From: Eledone cirrhosa
Taxonomy: Eukaryota
NCBI GenBank assembly: GCA_964016885.1
Contig: OZ024741.1
Span: 365,366,001-365,430,000 of the forward strand
Length of the DNA stretch: 64,000 bases
Direction of reading: 5' to 3'
Below the pieces are notes generated by a model, which was not told where the DNA came from, ran no database searches, and saw only the letters and a program-made list of their open reading frames with translations. Made by a program: the position numbers and the translations under genes. Shown here one piece after another: positions 1 through 13,499 of the stretch; the first letter of the stretch is position 1, and each line of letters starts with the position of its first letter.

Positions 1-34
<34 letters not shown>

Positions 35-141
35 ATATATATACACATACATACATACGCACACGCACGCACGCATGCACAAGCACATACACACAGACAA
101 ACACACACACATATATACATATATATATATATATGTATATG

Positions 142-227
<86 letters not shown>

Positions 228-562
228 TAAACTGAGTTTTTTTAATATTAATAACATTCGATTCCAAAGAGCTAGTGAAAATATATGCTATTTTCTAAAA
301 TATACAGTGACTGATTGGCCTGATTTGCATATTAGCAGATCCATTGATCAGCCAGATTTGCATATCAGCAGACTGGCAAGTCAGTTTCCTGTATACGAGT
401 GATAAATGTCCAACTTTGCCACATTCGAAAAAAAAAAGAAAGAATTTTCGAATAATAATAATAACATTCGATTCCTTTGCAATTATGCGAACAAGCTTCA
501 TTTTTAAAGCCATGTCAGTTGAATGAACCCTTTAATCTTGCTCTTGTGTTGGAATGTAAACA

Positions 563-612
563 GAACTGCAGACACAAATGTTTCTGGGTATCACCCTTCA
601 TCAGTACAACTC
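563..612 (-). ncRNA. Type I hammerhead ribozyme
   Basis: gagttgta CTGATGA agggtgataccca GAAAC atttgt GTC tgcagttc; stem I pairs fully (with G-U), stem III ACA/TGT, GUC site. Confidence 0.8.
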
Positions 613-1056
613 ACTGATCACCTGCCAACTGTCAGAGCTAGTGAAAATATATGCTATTTTCTAAAATATGCAGTGACTGTCGGCCTGATTTGCATATTAG
701 CAGACTGGCTGATCAGTCAGATCTGCATATTATCAGATCCACTGATCAGCTGATTTGCATATCAGCAGACTGGCCAGTCAGTTTCCTGTATACAAGTGAT
801 AAATGGCCGACTTTGCCACATTAAAAAAAAAAAAAAAAATGTTTCGCTCTACATGGCTGAATACAATAAATCTAATCTGAGTTTTTCGAATATTAATAAT
901 AACAAAAATGTTCGATCTACATGGCGGAATGGGTAATATGCAGATCTGACCGATCAGCCAGTCTGCTAATATGCAAATCAGGCCGATTATCACTGTATAT
1001 TTAAAAAAAAAATAGCATATATTTTCACTAGCTCTGACAGTTGGCAGGTGAACAGT

Positions 1057-1106
1057 GAGTTGTACTGATGAAGGGTGATACCCAGAAATATTAGTGTCTG
1101 CAGTTC
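1057..1106 (+). ncRNA. Type I hammerhead ribozyme (inverted copy of 563-612)
   Basis: gagttgta CTGATGA agggtgataccca GAAA tattagt GTC tgcagttc. Confidence 0.7.
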
Positions 1107-1264
1107 TGTTTATATGCCAACACAAGTGTAAGAATGAAGGGTTCATTCTACTGACATGGCTTTAAAAATGTGGCCTGTTCGCATAATTGCAAACGAATCG
1201 AATATTATTATTAATATTCGAAAATCTCATATCACATTTATTGTATTCAGTCATGAAGAGCGAA

Positions 1265-1323
<59 letters not shown>

Positions 1324-1371
1324 TTTCGCTATTCATATATAGTTATGTAATAAACAACATAAGGCAATTAT

Positions 1372-1430
1372 TTCATTTACCAGTGGTTTCTTGAAAGCAA
1401 ACAAATTTTGCTTTCAATCATCAGAATGAA
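1372..1430 (-). ncRNA. Type I hammerhead ribozyme
   Basis: ttcatt CTGATGA ttgaaagcaaa..tttgctttcaa GAAAC cactg GTA aatgaa; perfect stem I and long stem II. Confidence 0.85.
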
Positions 1431-1655
1431 TACATCCTGAACTTCTTCTCTGCTCTCTACGCCTTACATCCACTACGATTTTTTTACCTTCTGAACTCAC
1501 TTTCTGTACTCTTATATTCTTTTTCTCCTCTATCTCCCCTTATATTTAAACCTTTTCCTATGTATTTATTTTCCCTATTCCCCCTACTTTATACCTTATC
1601 CTTTACATACCCACCTGTTTTAATTTTAGATATTTATTTCTGTGTGTGTGTGTGT

Positions 1656-1710
<55 letters not shown>

Positions 1711-1740
1711 GGGCATATGTGTATATATGTATATATATAT

Positions 1741-2392
1741 ACCGCCAGAGATTCGATTTTACTGATTTCCAATTATATTATTCTCCTAGATTTAATAATT
1801 AACCAATTAATTTAATTAGACAATTCTGTTGATTGGTTAATTATTTGTGTTTGTTTTATAACATCTAGTTGAGAGCTTATCATGATGATTAGCGGAAATT
1901 AAAATATTTCCTTTCGCTAGCATTTTGAATGACCCATCTAAAACCGGGGGTTATTTCCCTTGCCGGAATTAACACGTGATAACTATAGATGCGATTAGCA
2001 GCCATATGGAGCAGCAACATATAATTTATCACTCCGGTCCTAGGCAGAACGAAATACCTGTTGATAAACTGAATCCTCTGTTCGATCACCAATACCATGA
2101 GCTTGCCATTCACGTAAGTCTGGTATTTGATTTCGGATTCAAAGAAACACATTAAACTATTGTTTGTTTGATTTGTCCAGGTGTACTTTTCTCAACCTGA
2201 TTAGTTCTATCGTTACTTTGGTATATATTGTGTGTTAGTTTCCCCTACCACGATGTTCGATTTGTCAAGTTATTTAAACGTATGTTATTACTCTGAGGTC
2301 CTATCTTATCGAGTGCTTTGCTAACTCATCATTTCATATAAGTAGGCCGAATTTACTTGCAAACCGCCAGAGATTCGATTTTACTGATTTCC

Positions 2393-2398
<6 letters not shown>
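1741..2398 (+). mobile_element. Non-coding element with ~36-bp terminal direct repeat (unit ~622 nt) in (TA)n
   Basis: ACCGCCAGAGATTCGATTTTACTGATTTCCAATTATAT at 1741 and 2363; TA flanks. Confidence 0.6.
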
Positions 2399-2440
<42 letters not shown>

Positions 2441-2523
2441 ATGTATGTGTATATATAATTATATATATCTGTATGTATATGTATGTGTGTATATAATTGT
2501 ATTTTACATGCTTCTGTCGTATT

Positions 2524-2572
<49 letters not shown>

Positions 2573-3035
2573 TTATATTTGTGTGTGCGTATTTTTATTT
2601 AGGTGGTGACGTAACTTTTTGTAGATATGTGTATTTTTATATAATTGTTTATGTGTGTATATATATAATAGCCTCAGAAACGGCTTGATCTGTGCCGCCG
2701 CGGTCATACTTTTTCCTATATGTATATATATATATATATGTATATGTATGTATATGTATGTATATATGTGTGTATTTGTATGGTTGTGTGTGTGTATATA
2801 TATATATGTATATGTATATATGTATGTGTATGTATATGCATAATTACATACAGTGATTTAATGGTTATGATCATTTGCTTCAGGAACTTGTTGAGTGCTC
2901 TAAATCAGCTATAAACATTTATACCCTTTTCTAATTATTTATTTATTTATTATTTGTCGTATTCCCAACTATTTGTTTACCCCATTCACCTATTTATTTT
3001 TATATATATAATATTTATGTATTTTCTTATATATA

Positions 3036-3149
<114 letters not shown>

Positions 3150-3302
3150 GTATATATATATTTAAGAGTTAAACAAGGTTCAATGAATACATCTAAGAAT
3201 AAGTTTTACACACATACATGTGTGTGTATGTATTTATATATATGTGTGTGTATGTACGTGTGTATATATGTATGATTATGTGTATGTATATATATATAGA
3301 TA

Positions 3303-3369
<67 letters not shown>

Positions 3370-3678
3370 GAGTGTGTGTGTGTGTGTTTGTGTATTTGTG
3401 TGTAGGTGTATGTATGAATATCTTGATATATATATGTGTATGTATGTATATGTATGTGTATTTGTACGTATATGTATATGTGTGTGTATGTATGTATATA
3501 TATATATGTGTATATGTATGTATATATATGTGTATGTATATATGTGTGTGTATGTAATTGTGTGTGTGTGTGTGCATGTGTGTTTATTTTTCCTTTCCTT
3601 CTTCCTTTTCCAGCCTTACTTTCATATAGATTATATTTTTGCTTTTAAAATCCAATGTCAATAAATACATCAGGATTT

Positions 3679-3737
3679 TTCATTCTGATGATTGAAAGCA
3701 AAATTTGTTTGCTTTCAAGAAACCATTGGTAAATGAA
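3679..3737 (+). ncRNA. Type I hammerhead ribozyme (same family as 1372-1430)
   Basis: ttcatt CTGATGA ttgaaagcaaaatttgtttgctttcaa GAAAC cattg GTA aatgaa. Confidence 0.85.
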
Positions 3738-3834
3738 ATAATTGCCCCATGTTGTTTATTACATAACTATTAAGCTCTGTAACCTACATAGAGCACTCTT
3801 TTTTCCTAGACCTTTCCGACAGAATTACTTCATT

Positions 3835-3890
<56 letters not shown>

Positions 3891-3895
3891 TATAT

Positions 3896-4250
3896 TATAT
3901 TAACATTAAGCGAGATAAAACAGAATTTATCGGAGTATAAACAAGATTGACAAAAAAATATTCTATATAAACTTGCTGATATATAGATCTCCCTACCATG
4001 GGAAGAATTCTTATGTATAATTTCTTGGACAATTTCTCTTAGATTTTGAAAAATTAAAAACCCGTGAAGTGTATGGCGGATTCTTCAATTATTGGTGTAT
4101 CCCTTCAGAATTCTTCCCCTTATGAAACTATGGTAGATATCTCTCTATATATTATTGTCTATCTTGTTTATACTCCCATCTTGTTTTTTACTTGCTTAAT
4201 TTTAATATATAATATTGCTTCTCGGATAAATTCTTCTCATTGAGATGTTT
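3896..4250. mobile_element. Old fold-back element with diverged inverted termini
   Basis: GGAGTATAAACAAGATTGACAA (~3932) vs TTGTCTATCTTGTTTATACTCC (~4154); TTAAGCGAG vs CTTGCTTAA. Confidence 0.5.
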
Positions 4251-4374
4251 AATTATTTGTGACTATTTCACTTTTAATTATATATATCCATTTACTATCT
4301 TTACATACATACATATACACATACATACATACAGACATGCATACACACACACACATACATACACACATAATCAT

Positions 4375-4642
4375 TAATATTGATTTCTGATTTAGTCACG
4401 AAGGCATTCATTTTTTAGGAGAAGGGCAAAGTCAATTATATCGACTGAGGTACTTTACATATACTTTTGATTTATTAATCTCGGAAGGATGAAAGGCAAA
4501 GTTGACCTCGGCTGAATTTGAAATCAGGACCCTGCTTAAGTCAACTTTTCTTTTAATCCTTACGGATTCGATAAAACGAAGTACCAGTACGCACTTGTGT
4601 CGATTTAATCGACTTCCCTTCTCCAAAATTGTTGGGTTTATG
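4375..4642. mobile_element. Two degenerate SINE fragments in opposite orientation
   Basis: GGATGAAAGGCAAAGTTGACCTCGGC (minus-sense core) followed by TCCTTACGGATTCGATAAAACGAAGTACCAG (plus-sense core). Confidence 0.6.
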
Positions 4643-4876
4643 CCTAAATCAGGGATCATTATCTGATTCTTTTACATGTTTCAGTCCTAGAGACTTGGCC
4701 ATACATGAAGGGATTTAATCTATGATATCGACCTCCAGTACATATGTTTTCAAATCTAGTACTTATTTTATCGATTTCGTTTTGTCAAAGCAATGATTTA
4801 AGATAGAAAAATAAACATCAAACATAAAAACACACATCTATGTTTCTACCTACTTCAAAGAAAGATATCTATCACT

Positions 4877-4923
<47 letters not shown>

Positions 4924-5113
4924 GTGTGTGTGTGTGTAAAAGGTAAACAGAAATAACAACATATATTTATATATAAATCAGCATATAGAGAAAAGTACAG
5001 AAAGAGATATAATCAAAACCCACCAGAGTGACGAACCTATTGCCTACGGAAGGAATGGTGAATATAAATCAATAACAAGATTATATGAAAGTATACTAAC
5101 CATTCGATTATGA

Positions 5114-5297
5114 TAATTGTTTCTACTTTTGGCACAAGGCCAGCAATTATTCCAGTGTATTACTGGTACTTTATTTTATCGACCTCGTAAGGATGAAAAG
5201 CAAAGTTAACCTCGGCGGGATTTGAACTCAGATCATAAAGGGCCGTAAATCTTTGCTGCAAGCATGGCATCCGAACTTCTACCAATACTGCCAATCC
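5114..5297 (-). mobile_element. tRNA-derived SINE (octopus-type)
   Basis: Reverse complement of the family at 11721, with B-box GAGTTCAAATCC and the conserved core. Confidence 0.85.
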
Positions 5298-5492
5298 AAC
5301 ACCCGGACATGCTCAAATAAGTGTATGTTTCGCTATAATAAGTGAAGAATCCATATTGTGCATGTAGCTAATCGGCGGGTGCCTAGCAGTATGATCAACA
5401 CTTAAAAAAAAAGTTTATGAGATAACTAAGTGGAAAGATATGTGCATTTTATAGCCCATGGTGGTCAAACTGAAGTAATAGTAGTAAACATT

Positions 5493-5591
5493 TTCTTCTT
5501 CTTCTTCTTCTTCTTCTTCTTCTTCTTCTTCTTCTTCTTCTTCTTCTTCTTCTTCTTCTTCTTCTTCTTCTTCTTCTTCTTCTTCTTCTTC
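5493..5591 (+). repeat. (TTC)n trinucleotide repeat, ~33 units
   Basis: Direct reading. Confidence 0.95.
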
Positions 5592-5732
5592 GTATTTTAT
5601 GTCATCCTTTTTTATTTCCTACTTCTACAAATAAAACTGCCACACACTCACCATACCTCACCCATACATTTACCATTCCCCCTTTATATATATATAAATA
5701 CATATATATATATATAATATATATATATACAT

Positions 5733-5785
<53 letters not shown>

Positions 5786-5788
<3 letters not shown>

Positions 5789-6191
5789 TTTTAATATAGA
5801 TGAGATTCGTCCAATTGATGCGCGAGGCCGCGTGACCGCACGCAGCGAACTGCGAATGGCGCTGTTAGCGTCTGACGCCTCGTCGGTCGCACCCGGGAGT
5901 CGGGTTACAAAACGCGCGTGCGGCGTTCGACGCCGTCATCGTTCCGTCTTCCCGCGCGGTCCAAACAGACCGCGTCGACACAGTCGGCCTTCGCGTTGGT
6001 CGCGGCGCAAATATTAGACTGAGACCGGCGACGCGTCAGACGCCGGCCGCGCCGTTCGCAGTTTGGTGCGTGCGGTCCCGCGGCGTCGCGCATCAATTCG
6101 ACGAATCTCATCTATATTAAAACTGTTATTCTCTGCTGTGTATTGAGTACCTTACTTACTGTGGTTATCTCCGATTCAACCCGGAATAACG
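5786..6191 (+). mobile_element. Fold-back element in (TA)n with a GC-rich rod-like hairpin
   Basis: Arms 5788-5890 and 6020-6123 are complementary; termini and 3' tail shared with 19011-19168. Confidence 0.8.
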
Positions 6192-6200
6192 TGTATATAT

Positions 6201-6311
<111 letters not shown>

Positions 6312-6413
6312 CATATATATATATACATATACATATATATATATATACATATATATGTATGTATCAATACAATAATATTAATAAATCGAAATTATCTTTA
6401 TAAAACCATATTT

Positions 6414-6474
6414 ATTTTATTATATATATTTCAGGAGTACCAACATTTTTTGGTACGCCCTCATCAGATAAAAT
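6414..6474 (-). ncRNA. Type I hammerhead ribozyme
   Basis: attttat CTGATGA gggcgtacc...ggtactcct GAAA tatata TA ataaaat; palindromic stem III. Confidence 0.75.
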
Positions 6475-6602
6475 ACAAAAGTTGTTTTACAGATAGTGAC
6501 ATATTCAAAACTAGAACTTAGTGTTTTGAGTTCTGTTTGCATAGAACTCAAAACGCTAAGTTCTAGTTTTAAATATGTCAGTATCTGTAAAACAACTCTT
6601 GT

Positions 6603-6664
6603 ATTTTATCTGATGAGGGCGTACCAAAAATTGTTAGTTACCCTTGAAATATATATAATAAAAT
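6603..6664 (+). ncRNA. Type I hammerhead ribozyme
   Basis: attttat CTGATGA gggcgtacc...accctt GAAA tatata TA ataaaat. Confidence 0.75.
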
Positions 6665-6829
6665 AAATATGGTTTTATAAAGATAGTTTCCATTTATTAA
6701 TATTATTGATATTATACTCCAGAATAAATTTGTAGAGTGCTTCTAATCTATTAGAAACTAAATTTGTTGAATAACCAACAAATTAAATAAGTCATTGCTT
6801 ATATATGTATGTGTATATATATATATATA

Positions 6830-7366
6830 TGAGGGTGTTAAAGTTTGCTTGAAGCATTGTGAAATGTGTAAAATACGTAGTTTAGAAAGCCACAACAATG
6901 CAGAGGGAAATCTCGAGGTAGGAAGTGAATGATAGATAGGAGAAATAGGAGAAAGTGAAAATTGAGAGAGACAGAGATGAAAACAAAACAAAGGTAGAAG
7001 GGTTACCGTAGTGGAGATTTAATCCCAATATTTCGGGCTCACGCCCATCAACGGGGGAAAGTTCCAAAAGGGGGGGAACAGGCTAAGCCGGAGAAAGTTG
7101 TGATGTCGTTAAAACAGGAATGCCCTGTTTTAACGACATCACAACTTTCTCTGGCTTAGCCTGTTCCCCCCCTTTTGGAACTTTCCCCCGTTGATGGGCG
7201 TGAGCCCGAAATATTGGGATTAAATCTCCACTACGGTAACCCTTCTACCTTTGTTTTGTTTTCATCTTTGTCTCTCTCAATTTTCACTTTCTCCTATTTC
7301 TCCTATCTATCATTCACTTCCTACCTCGAGATTTCCCTCTGCATTGTTGTGGCTTTCTAAACTACG

Positions 7367-7370
<4 letters not shown>
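6830..7370 (-). mobile_element. Near-perfect ~245-bp-arm palindromic element plus unpaired tail, in (TA)n
   Basis: 6872-7117 is the reverse complement of 7124-7370 (identical 61-aa ORFs on both strands in the track); short copy at 61522-61655. Confidence 0.85.
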
Positions 7371-9118
<1,748 letters not shown>

Positions 9119-10030
9119 TATACAACATAAAAAAATAACGAAACAAAACACCACGCCCGTTTGTTTTGCATTACCTACATATTTCAATTTCACAGTTGTA
9201 CAAGACCTTTCGGTCAAATGCATGACCTCTTTTAACCTACAACACTTTTAACCTGTCACTATTACTTCTGTACCATTTACCCCTCCTTCCCCGTTCCACA
9301 CTGTCCATTAACTCTTCAGTATTTCTTATATTGTTTTCCCTTTTCTGCACGATAGATATTTTATTTTTTGTATCTCTTGATTTTACATACCAACTCTTTC
9401 ATCAAAGTGGAGGCATTATGTCTCTCTGGTTAAAACGTCTCCTAAGAAATCATGAGGTTTCATGTTCGACCCCAATGTGTGGCATCCTGGCAAGTTTCAT
9501 TTCATAAAGGCTCGCCTGAACTCAATCCTTACATGGATGGACAGAAAATAGAAGCTTATCGTACTGAGGGTACTTGTTATGTGGTGGACCAGATTTATCG
9601 CATACTGTGTGACGTTGAATCTTAGATAATTACGTTTAGGTTTCAGGTACCACTTCCTCACTCATTCATGAGTTGGACGATCAATTGTTCGAACATCAAC
9701 TCATCCGTTAAATCGACGGAGGATACACATTTTTACTCGGTCTGCCCACCACTTTTCCCTCATTCCTTTCTCCCTATTCTCACTCTAGTATCTATTTTAT
9801 CTATTTTTTTTACTGTTTTTCTAAAGAGGTTTTCTAAAGCTATTTACTTTTTATATCTCTTGTTTTCCATTATCAATACTTTTATCAATAGCTTCTGTGT
9901 TTAACATCACTACCATCATCGATGCTTAAACCACAACCACATACTACTCCTATCCTACATATTTATCTGCATCTTTTATCGACTAAACCCTCTTCAGAAA
10001 ATTTCAGAACTCGTGTCTATGTTACAAATC

Positions 10031-10670
10031 GTTATTATTATGGTTCATTTCTTGTAAATCTCAGACATGTTAAGCGATCTGGATATTTCAGTTAGGGAGT
10101 AGTCAACAACAAGTTGACAAATGTTCCTCACTACATCCACTTCTGTGCCTTACAGAGAGAAAACTTTCCTTAAAATCCTTGCTGAACCAAGAAGTGCTGT
10201 TTTCTGCATGACCTGCAACCTTGCATCAATTCTGATTCTATTTACACAGTCCTCGAAACAGTCCGATATGCACCCCAATGCACGGATCACTACCGGAATC
10301 ATTAAAACATTCTCCACCCACCACAGCTTTCAAACCTCTTCCTTTATTGGCTCATACTTCTCCAACTTTCATGCTCTTTATCCTTCACTATACTATCTAT
10401 TGGGATAATTTGGGCCTCATTTTTCTCATAGTTCACAACTAAAATGTCTGGTCTTCTTGCCTAAATCATTATATCGCATTGAGTGGTGAACTCCTCAAAA
10501 ATCTTAAATTTGTCATTCTCTAATATCCTTTCTGGTCTCTGCTCTTACCATTTAGTTGATCCTACAAATCCACATTTCTCAGATATCATCCAATGGTTAT
10601 ATCTGGCAACAGTATCCTTACATCTCTTGTACTCTCGTTGTGCCAACTTAGTACATTCGCTTACACTATG
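10031..10670 (-). mobile_element. 3' fragment of an R4/Dong-clade non-LTR retrotransposon (REL endonuclease remnant, 10150-10670)
   Basis: Manual minus-strand translation across stops/frameshifts: HSVSECTKLAQREYKR..ARRPDILVV..KLEKYEPIKEEV..LW..IPVVIRALG..QKTALLGSARILRKVFSL*; short TAA tail at ~10032. Confidence 0.8.
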
Positions 10671-11295
10671 AGAGTGAACGAATCTTCTTAATCATGCATG
10701 CACGTCATTTGAAAGATGCTAAATTCCTCAACATGTATAGTGAAAGATCACTTAGATTTGTTAGAGCAGTAAATCACCAGATAAACACGTATCACTTCCA
10801 GACTTTGTTATTGTTCGAATAGAGTTGAAGGAGTTGTAAGGGATGGTGTTGGGAAGGTGGTATTGTTAGGATAATACTTCATTAAAACGCAGTCAGATAT
10901 TCACGTATATACGTTCATACGCAAACAAACACAGTCGCGCAGAATGTGAAGCTAATTGTCCATATAAAGTCACGCGTTGACACACACACATACGCACACA
11001 CATACACACATACACACACATACACACACACACACACAACCACACACGCACACACACACATCCACACACACATATATATATACACATATATATATATACA
11101 TGAAAACAGGGAGAAAGAGACGATTATTAGGAAGAAAAATATATTTTTTTCCTGTTTTATTTCTCTATCTCTTTTTTCTGGGTTAGAAAATGATTAAAAC
11201 GAAATGTTTTACTTTGTGTGAAGTGTTAAGATATTAGTTGATTTATTTATTAATTAACAATGACATTTATTTATCTATTTATATATCTAATAATT

Positions 11296-11340
11296 GTCTA
11301 TTACCGGTTTCAGCATTTTTATGCATTATCAAATGATAGT
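11296..11340 (-). ncRNA. Hammerhead with U3-A8 variant core (pLTR of the Neptune-like PLE)
   Basis: ctatcat TTGATAA tgcataaaaatgct GAAAC cg GTA atag; the 3' copy at ~15515-15557 has G5 mutated. Confidence 0.55.
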
Positions 11341-11720
11341 GATATGTATTAGTATAGAATGGTGGTGTCGCACATGTTAAAGAAATGGTGCAGAAAGAAT
11401 AATGTTATTTACAAACAGGGTTTATGAAGTGAAAAGAAAAAAGAACAAAGAAAAAAAGTGACTTAATATAGAGCATAAAAAGTCAATATGAAAGAAAAAA
11501 TAATGTTATTTACAGGCAGAGTTCTTGAAGTTAAGCAGATCAAAATGTGTTAATATAGCAAGGATGCTAAGTTGATCTATGGTGGAGGCAAATGGTGGAT
11601 TGAGGTTTGATGTGATTTCCCTTTTTAGAATAATCGACTCTTTCTCCCTGTTTTCATATATATATATATATCCTAACTCGTGTGCTTCCTCTCCACATTT
11701 TATTATTATTATTATTCACT

Positions 11721-11900
11721 GGATTGGTAGTATCGGTAGAGGGTCGGGCGCCATGCTTTCCAGCATAGTTACGTCCCTTTACGATCTGAGTTCAAATCCC
11801 GCCGAGGTTGACTTTGCCTTTCATCCTTACGGGGTCGATAAAATAAAGTACCAGTAATGCACTGGGTAATTGCTGGCCTTGTGCCTAAAGTAGAAACAAT
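11721..11900 (+). mobile_element. tRNA-derived SINE nested in the PLE 5' region, with TSD
   Basis: A-box-like TGGTAGTATCGGTAG, B-box GAGTTCAAATCC, core GCCTTTCATCCTTACGGGGTCGATAAAATAAAGTACCAG; TSD TATTATTATTATTCACT on both sides. Confidence 0.9.
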
Positions 11901-13499
11901 TATTATTATTATTCACTACCACACGAGATACAAAAAATGCCTACTAAAACAAAAACAGACTCCACTCTCATCAGCATTAATCAAGAGATACTCCAAGAAC
12001 TACAAAAAATTAACTCTAATTTGTCAATACTCACCAACAAACTTAACTCTACAAGTGAAGAAACAATCCCCAAATACACATCCTATTAAATCAACGACAA
12101 TATCAATAACTTATGTGAAACAATAAAAACACAACTGAATAACAACACAAATCCTATTCAAACGAACGAAAATACACATGACACTAATACACCTACACTT
12201 TACCAAATAAAAAACAAATTAATACCACAATGGTACACATCTCTTAAAAACAGGAAATTCCCCTTTTGGTTGGAAGATGATACAAAACAATAACAAAGCG
12301 GAGATCTATGAAAAATAGATTAACTCATCCACATTAATCATTCCCCGAAAACTACAAATTAAATCCATGCCAAACGAACCAGAAACACAAAGACGCCTCA
12401 GGGAAAGAATGGCACTTGATAACATAAAAACCGAAATTGAACTCCTTAAATTGAGAGCCCAAGCAAATGAAGATAGGATCAAATCAATCGACGATGAGAT
12501 TAATCAAGCAATTATCAAGAAAACCAAAGACACCACCCTAGAAAATATTTCAAAATTATGGTTAGAGGACTGTAATAAGGAAGAATTAAAATCTTTTCAA
12601 CGCTGGGAAAAAAGACGAAACCTGGTTCTCTAACTAGGAAACACTTTTCCCAAAAGAACACACATCCAAGAACCCCTTCATTAAAACCATAATAACAAGA
12701 AAACTCAATCAACACCCAAACACCACACAACAACCAACAACAACAAAAAAAAAAACAATACCTCCCCACATACCAACAAAAGAAGGCATCACCTCGCCCC
12801 TACCTCCTACATCCTCCACACAACTACCACACCACACGGTAGCAACAAATATAGTAATAGAGAAACATCAGCTACAAGATAGACACTACAACTTCTCTAC
12901 CACCAGGAGAAACCATAGAACCCCCCCACACTTACAACCCCCCCTAACATCCCCACACAACAAACCCACAACCATCATTACTTCCAACATAGAACCCAAA
13001 ATACATAACTACCACACATGTCACACAGCGCCTCACAACCACACACAGCTATAAGGAAACACTAATCTACCCTCCCCCACTAACCACATCCTACTACAAC
13101 AACACCAGCAGCGGACAATGCAACCACACGAGACACCCTAACCACTACAACACCATATAACAGCAACATCAGGACTCAATATAACCACACAAGGCAACCC
13201 TACTACAACTACCACCAAGTCTACACACCCTACAACAACAGCAGTTCTCAGTACAACCAACAACCACCACAACTTCACACCCTATAACCACGTCCATCAA
13301 ATCTACACACCCTACAACAACATCAGCAGGGTTCAATACAACCACATGATACAACCTAAACTCAACAACCACCACAGCTACAAACCATCTAACAACAACA
13401 GCATGGGCCAATACAACTATAAGAGACATCCAAACTTCAACAGCCATCACAAATTCCGTAATCATTTTTTAGACACAGGATAACAAGATAAAACAAAAC

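Larger units (their letters stand above)
230..1270. mobile_element. Non-autonomous PLE pLTR-type element: partial tandem (230-900) plus inverted copy (930-1270), in (TA)n
   Basis: Block GAGCTAGTGAAAATATATGCTATTTTCTAAAATA... repeated at ~269 and ~635; 930-1270 is the reverse complement of the second unit; HHR in each orientation; flanked by TA tracts. Confidence 0.8.
6365..6800 (+). mobile_element. Palindromic non-autonomous element from a Naiad-like pLTR, with an HHR in both arms
   Basis: Arms ~6370-6535 and ~6543-6710; 3' tail similar to 54010-54140, 33350-33480 (rc) and 60365-60442. Confidence 0.85.

Noticed and set aside
7183-7220. Possible HHR (TTGAT GGGC gtga GCCC GAAA tatt)
   Set aside because: Core lacks G8/A9; at best a decayed remnant
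6830-7370. Palindromes as long-read fold-back assembly artefacts
   Set aside because: Arms carry substitutions, end at defined element boundaries in TA tracts and recur as families elsewhere in the window
11721-11810. tRNA gene
   Set aside because: A/B boxes belong to a multi-copy SINE head with body, tail and TSD; no full cloverleaf
13169-13465. Val-rich antisense ORF and other ORFs antisense to PLE/Gypsy
   Set aside because: Shadows of the A/C-rich retroelement coding strand
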